64,000 nucleotides of DNA from Psammoneis japonica (Eukaryota): contig QPGO01000015.1 of assembly GCA_008632985.1 (NCBI GenBank), forward strand, positions 621,998 through 685,997, read 5' to 3'. Numbering within the stretch: position 1 is the stretch's first letter; each line of letters starts with the position of its first letter. The notes below the pieces were generated by a model, which was given only the letters and a program-made list of their open reading frames with translations, was not told the DNA's origin and ran no database searches. Shown here piece by piece: positions 35,151 to 47,027 of this stretch. Position numbers and translations under genes: made by a program.

Positions 35151-37165
35151 ATGACTGAGAACGGAGGCAACATGGAGGTCGAGGATAGCATTCATGCGGA
35201 AAAGCGAAAGAAAGGCGATGAAGAGTCTCCTGCTGAAGATGAAAAGCCAGCAAAAGAATTTGATCCTGATCGTTTGGTTCCACAGCTCGTTGGAGTCACG
35301 GAGGGAGATATGCGAGTCGCTATTCGAGTTCTGGATGCTGTCGCAACACTTAATCCCAAGAAAAAGAAGAAAAAGAACCCTGACGAGGCGCAAACGGATG
35401 GCTTGGAACTCTATCGCCATTCCAACCTTCGTCCGCTGCGAAAGGCCTTGGCGGGCTGTCTCGAATTGCACAAACGCACCATGTTTCAGGGAAAGGAAGA
35501 AGAGCAGTACTATGAACAACGAAAAGCGGAGCGAAGTCTCAAGAGACAGAAAATGTCGGAGAAAATGTTGCAGAAAAAGTATGTGGCGGCGACGGCTCTC
35601 AGACGCGGACGTGTGGAACGCCTACAGAAACTCAAGCAAGAAGCCATGGAAGAAGAGACGGAACGCCACATGGCCATGATGATTCCAGACGGACATGTAC
35701 AAACCGAAACACCAGACACAAAGCTCCTCGAGGATGGTTCTGATCAACTAGAGCAAAAGGATGAAGCCTCTGAGCAGGATCCGAAAATTCGACTTCCAAA
35801 GATGCGTTCATGCTATGTCTGCAAGGTGCGCTTTCGCGAGTTGCATTCATTTTATGATCAACTCTGTCCGACTTGCGCACCGGTCAATTGGGAAAAGCGT
35901 CACCAGACCGCGGACTTGTCCGGAAAGGTTGCGGTGGTGACGGGATCGCGTGTCAAGATTGGATACCAAACTTGTCTCAAGCTATTGAGAGCTGGGGCCA
36001 CAGTGGTGGCAACGACAAGGTTTCCCAATTCGTCAGCTGCCACCTATAGGACAGAAGATGACTTTGACAAGTGGAAGAATCGACTTGAAGTATACGGACT
36101 TGATCTTCGGGATGTGACTGGTCTAGAGGCCTTTACACGATTCTTAAAGATGCGCTATCCACAGGGAATCGATATTCTTATCAACAACGCTTGCCAGACT
36201 ATTCGGCGACCACGGGGATATTATGTTCCAATGATGGAAAAGGAGCAAGCGCTTTGGACCAATGGAGATGAGGTCCACAAGTCTCTTTTAGCGGGTTGTG
36301 CAGAGTTTGAACGCATTCGCCGGGCTCTCTTTCTTGACCATAAACACCAAGAAAACGGGGACCAGAACCAGCGTAGCGAAACGAAAACGAACGCCCCTTT
36401 AATAACAATGGCAATGGGCAACACAGCGGATGAAGCGCATGCGTCAGAGCCAAAACGTTCGGATGAAATGGTTGCTGTGTCGTCGTCTCACAACCAAGTG
36501 GCAGAAACGACGAGTACACAAGCTCCTTTCGAAGCAACGGGGGTTTCCCATTCCGCGGCCATGTCACAAATGATTATTCTCCCCGAGGATGTTGGTGTAG
36601 CTGACTCCGTCCTTCCACCAGGGGTGTCCGATGTCAATGGACAACAACTAGACTTGCGTACGACAAACTCGTGGCTATTAAAGATGGAGGAAGTGTCGAC
36701 ACCCGAAATTATGGAGTGCATGTTCATCAACGCAATTGCACCTTTTGTGCTCAACTCTCGCCTCAAACCTCTCATGATGGCTCCAAACACAGACGATCGT
36801 CCTGATCGTTTCATTATCAATGTATCGGCCATGGAGGGTAAATTTTACAGATACAAATTGCCGAGTCACCCACACACAAACATGGCAAAGGCAGCTCTCA
36901 ACATGCTCACCAGAACGTCAGCAGAGGACCTGGCGGCCAAGCATCGCATTTTTATGAACTCTGTCGACACTGGCTGGATAAATGACGAAATCCTTTGGAG
37001 AGAGCCAATAAAACCGCCAAGACCAATTTGTTTCAAACTCCGATTGACGAGATCGACGCTGCGGCAAGGATCCTGGATCCCGTGTTCAGTGGAGTCAACG
37101 GTGGCAGGGACTCAGATAAGGACTATGGCAAGTTCCTCAAGGACTACCACGAAACCGAGTGGTAA
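35151..37165 (+). CDS. Short-chain dehydrogenase/reductase family protein with a CxxC zinc motif
   Basis: Motifs CYVCK..YDQLCPTC, TGSRVKIG, NNACQT and HPHTNMAKAALNM. The true C-terminus (NPLE...KDYHETEW*) is reached by adding one A near 36990. Confidence 0.88.
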
Positions 37166-37240
37166 TGGCATGGTCTCAACTATCAAAGCTAAGATACTAA
37201 TGGTTAGAAGAAATTATGGCTGACCTACAGGTGTCACTTC

Positions 37241-39496
37241 TCAAGTTACCAAGAAGGACGGGGCTTTGACCTCATTAATATCTGGCAAATGCTGGCGAAG
37301 CGAAACAATGTTCCCACTCCGCGGGTCGCGAATCGCTGGGTTGGGGTCAAGCTTGACGAGGCCTTCGTTGTATCCTCGCATAACGGAGAGGTCCTTTACC
37401 ACCAGAGAAGAACCAAGATAAGGATGCATGGCAACTGAGTCGTCCTCAATGCCATGTCCAAGAGAAACAGCTTCAAAGGAGCCAACATCAAAAGCGGAAG
37501 CACCGCCTTCCAAGACGAAACTGTACACCCAGTTGCATGGACGAGAGGTAGCCTCGCCTATGTCGCAAGGGAATTGCCATTGCGTTGTACCTTTGGGGCG
37601 TACCGGATGCCAAGGCGTGACCCAAACTCCTTCCTCTAACTCCACAAGTTGTTCCATCCCACCGGAACACGCCGTTGCAACTACGCAGATAACCTTGGCT
37701 GGTCCGCCCGGCCCGATTATCCTGTCTCCCGCAACAACGTCACTGACTGGCACGCAGCGGCCGTCCATGAGACGAACATCGCCCGCAGCAAAGCACAGAG
37801 CATTCGAGTCATGGTATGTAGACATGGATTGAACCGGTCTGTAGTTGGTATTGCCGCCGCGTTGAGCAAGAGAAGGCTTGGGCGGAGGTAGCTTGCAAAA
37901 GAGATCTTCAGCTGCGTCGCGAATAAGCGAAAACTTGCGCGTAGCGTATCCTTGAAGACCAGGGTCCTTGAAATTCGTACAAATTTGTAGCTCGTGTGCT
38001 CGAGCAAGAGACGGGACATAATGCCTACCCCACTTTCGATACCAATCGATGCGGCTGTACGCCTCGCTAATTTGACCTTTTAGGTCCTTCATCAAGTCCG
38101 AAAGACCATGCTGCATGGCGGTGTCTGAAAATGATTTAATTTCGTTCAGCAGTTCTTCAAGATCTGCCTGGGCACGACGAAGATTTTCTGCATCTCCGCT
38201 GCTTTTGAAGCGCCCTTGGCACACACGAATGAAACGAATCACCTTGGAACGGCACTCCACGACTTCAATCTGTACGTTCGCATAGCCTGAATCTGCAAAC
38301 ATTGCATCAACACCCACTTCGTCGCACAATGAAGCTTCACTTGATTCAAAGAAGGCAGTAAAAGGCGAAGCATTCGGCGAGGACGAATCCAGCTGAACCA
38401 GTACATCAAAAGTTTGACCGTACTGCAAACTAGGCAGGTCAATTGAGAGGCCGCAAGAAGTCGAGACCGAAGCTTGCCCACTCAAACACCTTAGAATCTT
38501 TGCGCCGTTGGCATTTTGCAGCACAAGCTTGGCTTTGGACACGGCCGTCGCCAAGATGCTGGCAGCGGCATTGATGAAAACGGTTCCCACAAAGGAGCTA
38601 TCAGGAATGAAACCGTAGCGGCCTCCTCCCTCGACAGCAATGTCGTTCAAAAGTTCACTGTCTAGGTTGTAACCAAAGCCAAAGGTAGAGATGGAACACT
38701 TCATGTCAGGATGGCTTTCTTTATACCGAATGAGCGAGGGTAGCTCTCCCCTTGGAGGGTGGATGTTCGGACGTCCGTCGGTAAGGAGGATAATATTGGT
38801 GTTCGGCAGATTCTCCGACAAAGCAATGTCCATTGCATGCTTGAGGCCATCCCAGAGATTGGTGGACCCGTTTGTCCTGAGAGCTGCAACCGCTTCCCTC
38901 GCATGAATGCGATTGGCTGGCGTCATGGGGACGAAGGGAAGAACTGTGCGAGCCGTGTTTGAGTAGGCAACTATTGCTAGCTTGTCATGATGTCCAAGTG
39001 TCTCAATGATTGTTCTGGTCGCATGTTTTACAATGTCCAGAAGTGAAAGTCCTGCTAATCCTTCAGCATCTCCGTCAATGGTTGCTGGACTATCCATCGA
39101 ATAGCTCTCGTCGATGACACAGACAAGAGACGTTGAAGGGCGGGCCTCGGTAGCATCATCTGAGACTTGCACCTGTATGAGTGCTTGATTTTGCTTGTTG
39201 TATGTAGCCTTCAAATGAACACGTGTACCCTGCAAAAGACATTGCTGATTTGCGTCGCAAGGCATACGAGTACGAGTCTTGTTGTCATTGTTGTCATCGG
39301 CATGGATCAGATCCAGTAATGCACGATTCGGGATCAACTGGTTGATTTGAAGTGGAGCGCGGGTGATTGGAGAAGTTGGGTTTCGAGACAGCCAATCAAG
39401 AATAGCATCGCGCTCGAAGGAGTTGCCTTCAGGATCGACGACAGGATCTTTCATCTTTTCACCGGTGATGGGGCAACAAAGTAGTTCTTCCGTCAT
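37241..39496 (-). CDS. U-box + vWA + Hint (Vint-type) protein
   Basis: CPITGEKMKDPV..FERDAILDWL (U-box); DESYSM and LLTDG (vWA MIDAS); ALCFAAG...VTPWHPV (Hint). Confidence 0.9.
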   Translation of the reverse strand: MTEELLCCPITGEKMKDPVVDPEGNSFERDAILDWLSRNPTSPITRAPLQINQLIPNRALLDLIHADDNNDNKTRTRMPCDANQQCLLQGTRVHLKATYNKQNQALIQVQVSDDATEARPSTSLVCVIDESYSMDSPATIDGDAEGLAGLSLLDIVKHATRTIIETLGHHDKLAIVAYSNTARTVLPFVPMTPANRIHAREAVAALRTNGSTNLWDGLKHAMDIALSENLPNTNIILLTDGRPNIHPPRGELPSLIRYKESHPDMKCSISTFGFGYNLDSELLNDIAVEGGGRYGFIPDSSFVGTVFINAAASILATAVSKAKLVLQNANGAKILRCLSGQASVSTSCGLSIDLPSLQYGQTFDVLVQLDSSSPNASPFTAFFESSEASLCDEVGVDAMFADSGYANVQIEVVECRSKVIRFIRVCQGRFKSSGDAENLRRAQADLEELLNEIKSFSDTAMQHGLSDLMKDLKGQISEAYSRIDWYRKWGRHYVPSLARAHELQICTNFKDPGLQGYATRKFSLIRDAAEDLFCKLPPPKPSLAQRGGNTNYRPVQSMSTYHDSNALCFAAGDVRLMDGRCVPVSDVVAGDRIIGPGGPAKVICVVATACSGGMEQLVELEEGVWVTPWHPVRPKGTTQWQFPCDIGEATSRPCNWVYSFVLEGGASAFDVGSFEAVSLGHGIEDDSVAMHPYLGSSLVVKDLSVMRGYNEGLVKLDPNPAIRDPRSGNIVSLRQHLPDINEVKAPSFLVT

Positions 39497-39609
39497 AGCT
39501 TCAGTTATGTGCGAAAGACAGCTGGTCTCTTGAGTTAATCGCGTTCTACGGCAAATTTTGCTAAGGAATAAATTTATGAAGGATGTAGTCCACTATCGCT
39601 GTGTTGTCG

Positions 39610-39765
39610 TTTCCATTCGCGCTTCCGATTCGTGCTTGAAATTTCAGTGGAGCAGTCCAAAGTAAAGTCATTTCTATTCGAGCTTCCGATTAAGTGCTTG
39701 AAAGTTCAGTCGCGAGGCATCTGATTAGGGTTTGAAATTTCAGTCGAGGCAGTCCCAAGTCATTC
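39610..39765. repeat. Short degenerate tandem repeats upstream of the U-box gene
   Basis: gcttccgatt..gtgcttgaaa.ttcagt recurs two to three times. Confidence 0.7.
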
Positions 39766-41018
39766 GTGCATGGACCGTGCCGGGAAAATTGATTGAGATA
39801 GAGAAGCAGATACAGACCCTTGGGGTCTTCGAGACATGGAGCAACATCAGAGAACATGGTGCGCCAACAAGAATGGAGAAATTTTGCCGTAGACGGGAAA
39901 CTCGACAGAACGCTTCTGTCAACATGCGCGCAAAGTCATACATCACGGAACGAAACAAGACCAAAGAACAGTCGTGTCTACTGAAATTGCATCAAAGTAG
40001 AATGCACCTGCGCATCCAAACCGTCCCTCGACCATAATTGCATTTACATCACACCAGGAGCCCCAACAGGAGGCTTTCCCGTTTACTCCCGCTCTCATAA
40101 CTTCATCCACCAACAAGGGCTGGGCAGCAAGGACAGTTGCAAGATGCAACAAGAGCTGTCTTCTGACATGGACATCATCCCAGACTCCCTCGTCAGTGCC
40201 AAGCATGGGGTCACCAAACCCAGGGCAATCCCAAGGACATGCAGTTGTCTTGCAACTGCAAGATGCTCTCTTGTGCATCAAATCCAGAATTCTCCACAAG
40301 AGTCTTTGGAACAATCAAGAGTGCTTTGGCGCAGGCTTTCACACCAAGCTTTTTGCTCATCCTTGCTTTGTCACCTTGATGATTTCTTGTCTGAAATGCA
40401 TGGACAAAGCAACTTCAAAGGCCCAGGTTCCTGGAATGACAGCCTCATCCTCAGCAGCATTCTTCACCTTGTGAAGTCAACCAAGAATGGCATCTTTTGA
40501 TCTGGTGGCCAACAGTGTGTGTCTTGGGTCCCCTCAGAAGGAGAGCGCAGCTCTTGGGACAGCAGCGCTCCTCTGCAAAGGCAAACTTGTATCTCCCACA
40601 GCAACTTCCCTGACCTTTTCAGCCCATTTGAGCTGTTCCTCATCCATGCCTTTGACCAAATGAGTGGGTGAACATCTGCTCTCCAGAGCGAGACATTCCA
40701 TGTTGTGCTCTTGCGCGGCACAACACAAGCTCAAAATGCACTCTCCATTCCTTCCTCGGCAAAAACATTGAGCAACAATGGGTCAACTTCCTTTCAACAA
40801 ATCATGACAAAGCTCTGTGCACATGCACGATGTTGTGGATTGGCACATCAATGGCACAACATGCGATGATGTGCATCCTCAAATTTTCTTGGTTGGCACA
40901 GCTGGAGCCAGGTTTTGCCTCACAAGGGCTTTGCCACAATGTTCCTTGCCACAATGTTCCTTCAACAACCTTCCACATGCTCAGTGCTCACTTGTCAAAG
41001 ATGTTGCCAAGAGGGAAA

Positions 41019-41560
41019 GAGACAAGGCTGCCAAGACTGAGCACCCTTGGTCATCTTGCTGCCCCATTTTCCTCAAATGCACTCCCAACAAAGCAAGTCC
41101 ATTTCATGTCTCTTTCAATTTTCATTCAAGATTTGTTGTTGATCCTCTTTCAGCTTCCTTCTCAGCACAATGCAGAAATGATGCCTCTTTTTGGGTTTGA
41201 CCTTGCAAGGGCTTTTTGCCATGGTGTCCCATCAGTTTCCACACACCCAGCGCTCAACTCAATGAAAATGTGTTGCTGAGAGGAGAAGAGACAAGGCTGC
41301 CATGACTGAGTGTCATGACACTCAAGGATGGCTCACCCTTCCTCTGGCTCTGGTGCTGGTTGTTTGCTCCATTTTGGCATCCTTGGTCATCTCGCCACAT
41401 CAGATGTCTTGTGCATTGCAGTGCTTTGCTTGAGTGCAACACCAACAATGCAAGTCCATTTCATGTCTCTTTCAATTTTCATTCAAGATTTGTGGCTCTG
41501 GTGGCTCCTTTCACAACTTCATTCTCACAGCACACCAGAAATGACAGCACCTTTTGGGTT
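41019..41560 (+). repeat. Degenerate internal duplication
   Basis: caagtccatttcatgtctctttcaattttcattcaagatttgt at about 41094 and 41451; gagacaaggctgcca at about 41019 and 41288. Confidence 0.85.
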
Positions 41561-41899
41561 TGACATCATTGGAGCTTTGCTGCAATGTTCACTCAGCATC
41601 CTTCATCAGAGCATGCAACACAGTGATCAGACCAACTTTCTCCAGCAAATTTTTTAATCTGTCACAGTTAAAAATTTTGGTTTCAAACCTTGTTGGTTGT
41701 GTGCGTGGTGATGGTTCGTCAACTGTGAAAGACAAACTTTGTTGCTGTGGTGCCCACAACTGTCCTGTGAGGCAACACCATTCACCATGAAACAGCCAAC
41801 CATTTTCCCCATGGGAGTGCCCACCCTCCATTCCTGCAAAACCTGCAATTTAAAATCATTTGCATTGCAAATGTTCTGTTTTGTCGTTTGCGTTTAACT

Positions 41900-42850
41900 T
41901 AAATGACGCAGATGGAGACAACACCATGATGCCCGAGGCTTGCCATCCAGAGACACAAGCTCAGCAGAGATGCCACTGACAGCACTCCAGTCGACACTGG
42001 TGTGGGAGTTGAACAGCATCACTGCCCTCCACGGTCCACCAAGGCTCACACTTGCAGATGCAGGTTGACAGTTCGCTGGGTTGGCACTGCAACCATGCAG
42101 CCTGTTGGGCATGCAAGCCTGCACAGCAACAAGAGAAAACCACAAGGCTGTTCTGTGTGAGAGGTTTTTTCAACATCTGAACAAGACAGAGCACATGTGA
42201 ACTGCAGACTGCCAATCCATAAAAGAATGGATGCTCAGAGCTGCCTCATGACCTGCATGTGAAACAGTGCACCAGCAGAAGTCGCAAACATCGCTGGAAG
42301 CAGAGCAGCAATGGGCATGATTTCCCCTTTCCTGTTGATGCTTGCCAAGAAGCAACAGTTCCATGGGAGAAGAATCATGGGAGAACAAGTGCTGGAACAC
42401 ATGAGCGCGACTTTCCCTCTCCTGGCAAAACAGCAACTTGCACTGAAGTCACTCATCGAAGACCGCAGAAACCACCACAGAACCCTGCTCCGAGCAGCCA
42501 ACAAGAACCATTCAGGCAACAAGTTCTGTCCAGGTGATCTAGCAATCACAAGGAAGCAAGTGCAAATGTCAGAAAAGGGCCCAGGGAAACTTGTGATCAA
42601 GACACGAGGGCCACACAGAGTGCTGGAGAAAGCACACAAAGGGGCATGCAATGTCCAAAGAACCCCTTTTGCAGAAGGCAACGGACGCGTTGGCAAACCA
42701 TGCAACAAAAGCTCAGCGTGCATGGAAGCCACACCTTTGACTTTGGCACTCCACAAGACCGCCAATGGCACAGACACTCACATGGCAATGATGGAACGAC
42801 CCGTGGTCAACCATCCCCCAGAGAAGTGGACTTTGGCAGATGCGCCAAGA
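41900..42850 (+). mobile_element. Ty3/Gypsy-type integrase remnant
   Basis: HGPPRLTLADAG.QF...NHKAVLCERFFQHLNK core and F.PGDL...KL..K.RGPHRVLE (GPY/F motif with Tyr read as His). Confidence 0.75.
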
Positions 42851-43416
42851 CAGAGCCAGAAAACAACTTCGCCTGTGATGAGATTGAGGACATGTGCCCC
42901 ACCTTCCAAACACGTGGCAACAACGGCAACAGCAATGACAGCAACAACGGCAACAACGGCAGTGACCACAGTGCAGCTGCAGTCTTTCTGGATCTGCACA
43001 CAAAAATTGGAGAAGACGGATGCTGTTAATTCATGTGCATAAAAGAACATGGAATGTACATTTGGTGCAGTTCACATTGCAGTTGGCGGAAGTTATCTGA
43101 CCGTTTTTGTCATCTTAGGATTCCTACGCAATTTTCACCGTAGAAATGTACTGAGTCACGAGTGGGCGGGACTGACAACTTCGTGTAGCCGCGCGCTCGC
43201 CTCAGTCCTTACGTGGTACGATCACAGGAATAATGCGGGGCCCGCCCCCCGCGCCCCACTATGTATCCAAGCCCCGCTCGGGATCGATCGAAATCGCGAG
43301 ACGCGAACCGCCACAACCACAACCACAACCACCACCTACCTGCTACTCTTGTGCTTTAGGTACTTGCGGCGAGTGGTTTACTTTAGAACTTGCCATACTG
43401 TAAGCACACCGCAGCA

Positions 43417-46400
43417 ATGGTGAATAATCGAAAGTATCTCTGTGCTGCTCCCCATCCAAGCACTTGGGAGGAGCGGACGGAGTCATTGTTGAAGAGCTTG
43501 GGCGACAATCCGAAAAAGCGAAAGCGAGCTCTCCAGCGAACGTTGTCGTTGCTCTCGTCGTTTCAGTAAGTTCGCGTATCCATGATATTGCAGTAAGATT
43601 GCATCCGTGAGCCTCACTCATGATTTCTCCTTGTGCGCAACTGCAGTCCACAGGAAAAGAAAAAGCAGGGACCGGGACGCAAGAGCAACGCAGAGCACGC
43701 TATCAATTTTTATCATTTTGCTCTGGAACGAAATGAGCAAAGTATTAAGGACACCGACGGTAATGTGTCTGATGATTCAGAAGAACGGACGCCGAAGCGA
43801 AAACGAGAAGAGGAGGACACGGATGACAGCGATGGTGATGACGACGACAAAACAGCGTCTTCGAAAATGTCCTCTGTTAATACAGAAGATTTCTTTGCGC
43901 AACACAACGACGAATGTGAGGTGTGCAGCTCTGGTGGGGAGCTCCTGTGCTGTAACACGTGCAATCTAGTGTTCCACATGGGCTGTACGCGACCGGTATT
44001 GCAGAAGCTTCCGACGGGAAACTGGAATTGTTCTTACTGTGTCGCATCTGGAGCAACGGGACACAAGAAGGAAGCCAAGTTTAGAAAACGCGCAGTCGCT
44101 GCTTGTCGCCAAATGGACCGAATGAAGGAAGAAAATGCGGAAGAGGAGAAAAAGAAAAAAGCCGAAGAAAAGCAAGAGATGGAGAAGGAGGGAGGAAAGG
44201 AAACCGCGAAGACGGGAAGAGACGGAAAAGCTGGAGTGAATGCGGAGCTTTCCCCTGTTCCTGTAGAGATCGTAGAAGCAGAAGCGGAGAAGATCCAGAA
44301 AAAAGAATCCAAAGTGGAGGTAATATCGTCAGTCGACCCTGATACATCGTTGGACGAAGGGATCAAAAAGAAGAAGTTATCAGATTCCTCCTCTACACCT
44401 TTGGATGAAGCTAGCAAGCTGAAAGAGTCCGCGGAACCTCCTTCCGTGCCGGTTGACGAAGCAAACAAACAGAGAAAGCCGTCGCCTGATGAGCCGGTGG
44501 ATGAAACGAGCAAACAGGAAGAGTCCTCGGTTCCACCTTCTGCGCCGGTTGACGAAACCGACAAACTGGAGAAATCGTCTGTTTCCCCTTCTGTTCCGGT
44601 GGACCAAACGAAGAAGCAGGAAGCGTCGTTGGTTTCCCCTTTCGCACCAGTAAACGAAGCAAGCAAACAGGAGCAGTGCTTGGTTTCCACTTCGACAGCC
44701 GTGGACGAAGTAAGCAAACAAGAAGAGGCCTCGGCTCCCGTTTCGACAGCGCTGGATGAAGTAAGCAAGCAGCAGAAGCCGTCGATCTCCCCTGATACGC
44801 CGGTGGGCAACGCGAACAAGAAGGAAGAGACCTCGCTGTCCGATTCGAACGCCGTGGATGAAACAAACAAGCAGCAAAAGTCGTCGATCTCCACTGATAT
44901 ACCGGCGGGCGACTCAATCCTGCAGAAAACGGTTTCACGTTCTCCTGACACGCCGGTGGACGAAACAAGCCAACAGCGAGGGCGTCGAGAGAGACGCCCC
45001 CCGACCATTTACGATCCACAAGCAGGCCCAGCCTCTTCCTGGCAGTCTGATGAGCTGCTCGCTACAATAATTCAAAATGGCGAAACACGCGAAAGAGATG
45101 ATGAGAGCGATGAGGAAAGCAACGCAAATGACAAGAACAGAGACGTTGAGTCGGAAACGACTGCTTCAGGAAAGAAAAAGTCAGGAGAAGAAGTGTGGTG
45201 CAGTTTCTGTAAGGACGATTCTGCCATACCCATTTGTTGTTTTTGTGGGTGTCGAGTTTGTTTTGGAAAACACTCTGGAGTACGTTTTTGTTTTTGTTTT
45301 GCGGGAGTGGACGGCCTGTTGTTCATTTTTCTGAAACGGCTCTTTAACCTTTCACTTTTCTGCACGTTATTCATCCAATTTGCGCAGGATAAGTTGCTGA
45401 TATGTGACCAGTGCGATCAAGAGTATCACACGTTCTGTTTAAAGCCCCCTCTTTCAACCGTTCCTTCGTCAAAGAAATGGTTCTGTCCGAACTGCAAGGC
45501 GGTAAAAACAAAATCGGTGGGCAGTCCTGTCACACGAGCAGCTACACAGAGCACCAGGACGCGTGGGCGCGGAAAAAGGAATCCTCCACCTACGCCAAAA
45601 TCTCCAGAGAGATGGAGAGTTCGAGATGCGAGCGGCAAGTTCGCTACCAAGACTGCTGTGTCAGGACGAAAGCGTGGGCGCCCCCCTAAAGCAACTCCCA
45701 CTAGTAAAGGAAATCCCGGAACACCTTCTACTACTTCGTCTGCGCCGAAGAAAAGGCCACGAGGCCGACCCCGGAAGGTTCAAGCCGACGATTCAAAAAC
45801 AGATAAATCTGGAAGGAGCGTGCCATCCTCGACGTCGAAACGTGCCTCGCCGTCCCAGCGAAAGTCTCCGGGCTCGTCCGCTGCAAAGAAAGCGGGAAAA
45901 TTGGGCAGTGCGCACATCGAAAGTGGTCGGCCACTGGCAAAAGCGCCATTGGCCTCGTCCGTCGCCATGAAAGCGAGTAGCCAAGATGTTGCCACAAGTA
46001 CCAACCAGGGACATAGCGAGAGTCAGCCTCGAGCTGCTTTAACGCACCCGCTCCAGAAAGTGGAAACGATTAACACAGGTCGAATTCAAATGCCTGGTGT
46101 ATTGACTTGTGGTGGTCCAGCAGCTTCAGCCGTTGTATCCGCTCCTCCCCCTCAACGAAGTCGAAGTGGAAGAACCGTAAAACGCAATTCATTTCACGAC
46201 GAGGTGGAAGAAGGCGAGCAGCATTTGCGAATTGTTAAACCTAAGACGTCCAGTCTAGCCGATGTTCAGAAGAATATGCAGGTTGCGGCCGGGGCGCAGT
46301 TTCGAACGGGACCATACTCCAAGGGCGCTGAAACGCCATCGCAGATCGATGCGAACCAACCGCTGCAGTCAGCTACATTGCCTCTGCCAAGCGACGTGGC

Positions 46401-47027
46401 AAAGAATGCCAAGATGAAACCGTCCAATGCATCCTTGTTGACGTCAGTGGCAGCGAAGATACCGGCGACGTCGTTCCCCGGTAACCCAGGAAATGTGATG
46501 TCAAGGCACGCAGATAAGGCGGCTGTTGCTGGAACTGGGGCTAGTTTGAAACCAGCGTCGTCAAAGGTTCCGCGAAGAAAGCCGGGGGCACGTGAATGCA
46601 TTCAGGTCAGTCGATGCTTTCTCGCCGGCGTTCACACGCACTGAGTTATTCTGTTGCTGTTATCTAAACACGCCTTTGTTCCTCTTGTTCGTAGATATCA
46701 CGAAGATTCGGCGTGCAGCCGATTCCGCAAAAGTACATGGATACACTACTGGTGAGAATAACTGTTGCCTTCAAACGAGAATGCCATCTGGAGAGCTGCC
46801 TGTGTTCTTACGTTGTGGTTTCGTTCTGTTAGGACTACTGTACGAGAGGCAAAGTAGAGCATCTCATTCGTTTTCGTGAGAGGCTTGATGACCATGCGCG
46901 GTTCCTTGAATCGCAACTTGCAGGCTTAGAGACACTTGTGAAAGAAAGGGGAGAGATATCAGTCACTGTACCTCCTGCAACCGGTGAAGGAAAGATCCGT
47001 TTCGATTCTGCTGGCGAAAGATCATGA
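43417..47027 (+). CDS. PHD-finger / AT-hook chromatin protein (multi-exon)
   Basis: Two PHD fingers ([29 protein letters not shown]), RGRP AT-hooks and PVDE..KQ repeats. Introns about 45280-45387, 46606-46693 and 46752-46832. First exon inferred. Confidence 0.82.

Larger units (their letters stand above)
40100..43020. other. TpA-depleted transposon block 2
   Basis: TA nearly absent; Tyr-free ORFs; integrase remnant. Boundaries approximate. Confidence 0.88.

Noticed and set aside
3863..37165. Frameshifts in host genes (about 3930-4360, 8211, 11160, 13380-13750, 36990) as programmed frameshifting or pseudogenes
   Set aside because: Mostly single missing bases at short homopolymers in conserved genes including Nup98-96; most likely assembly errors.
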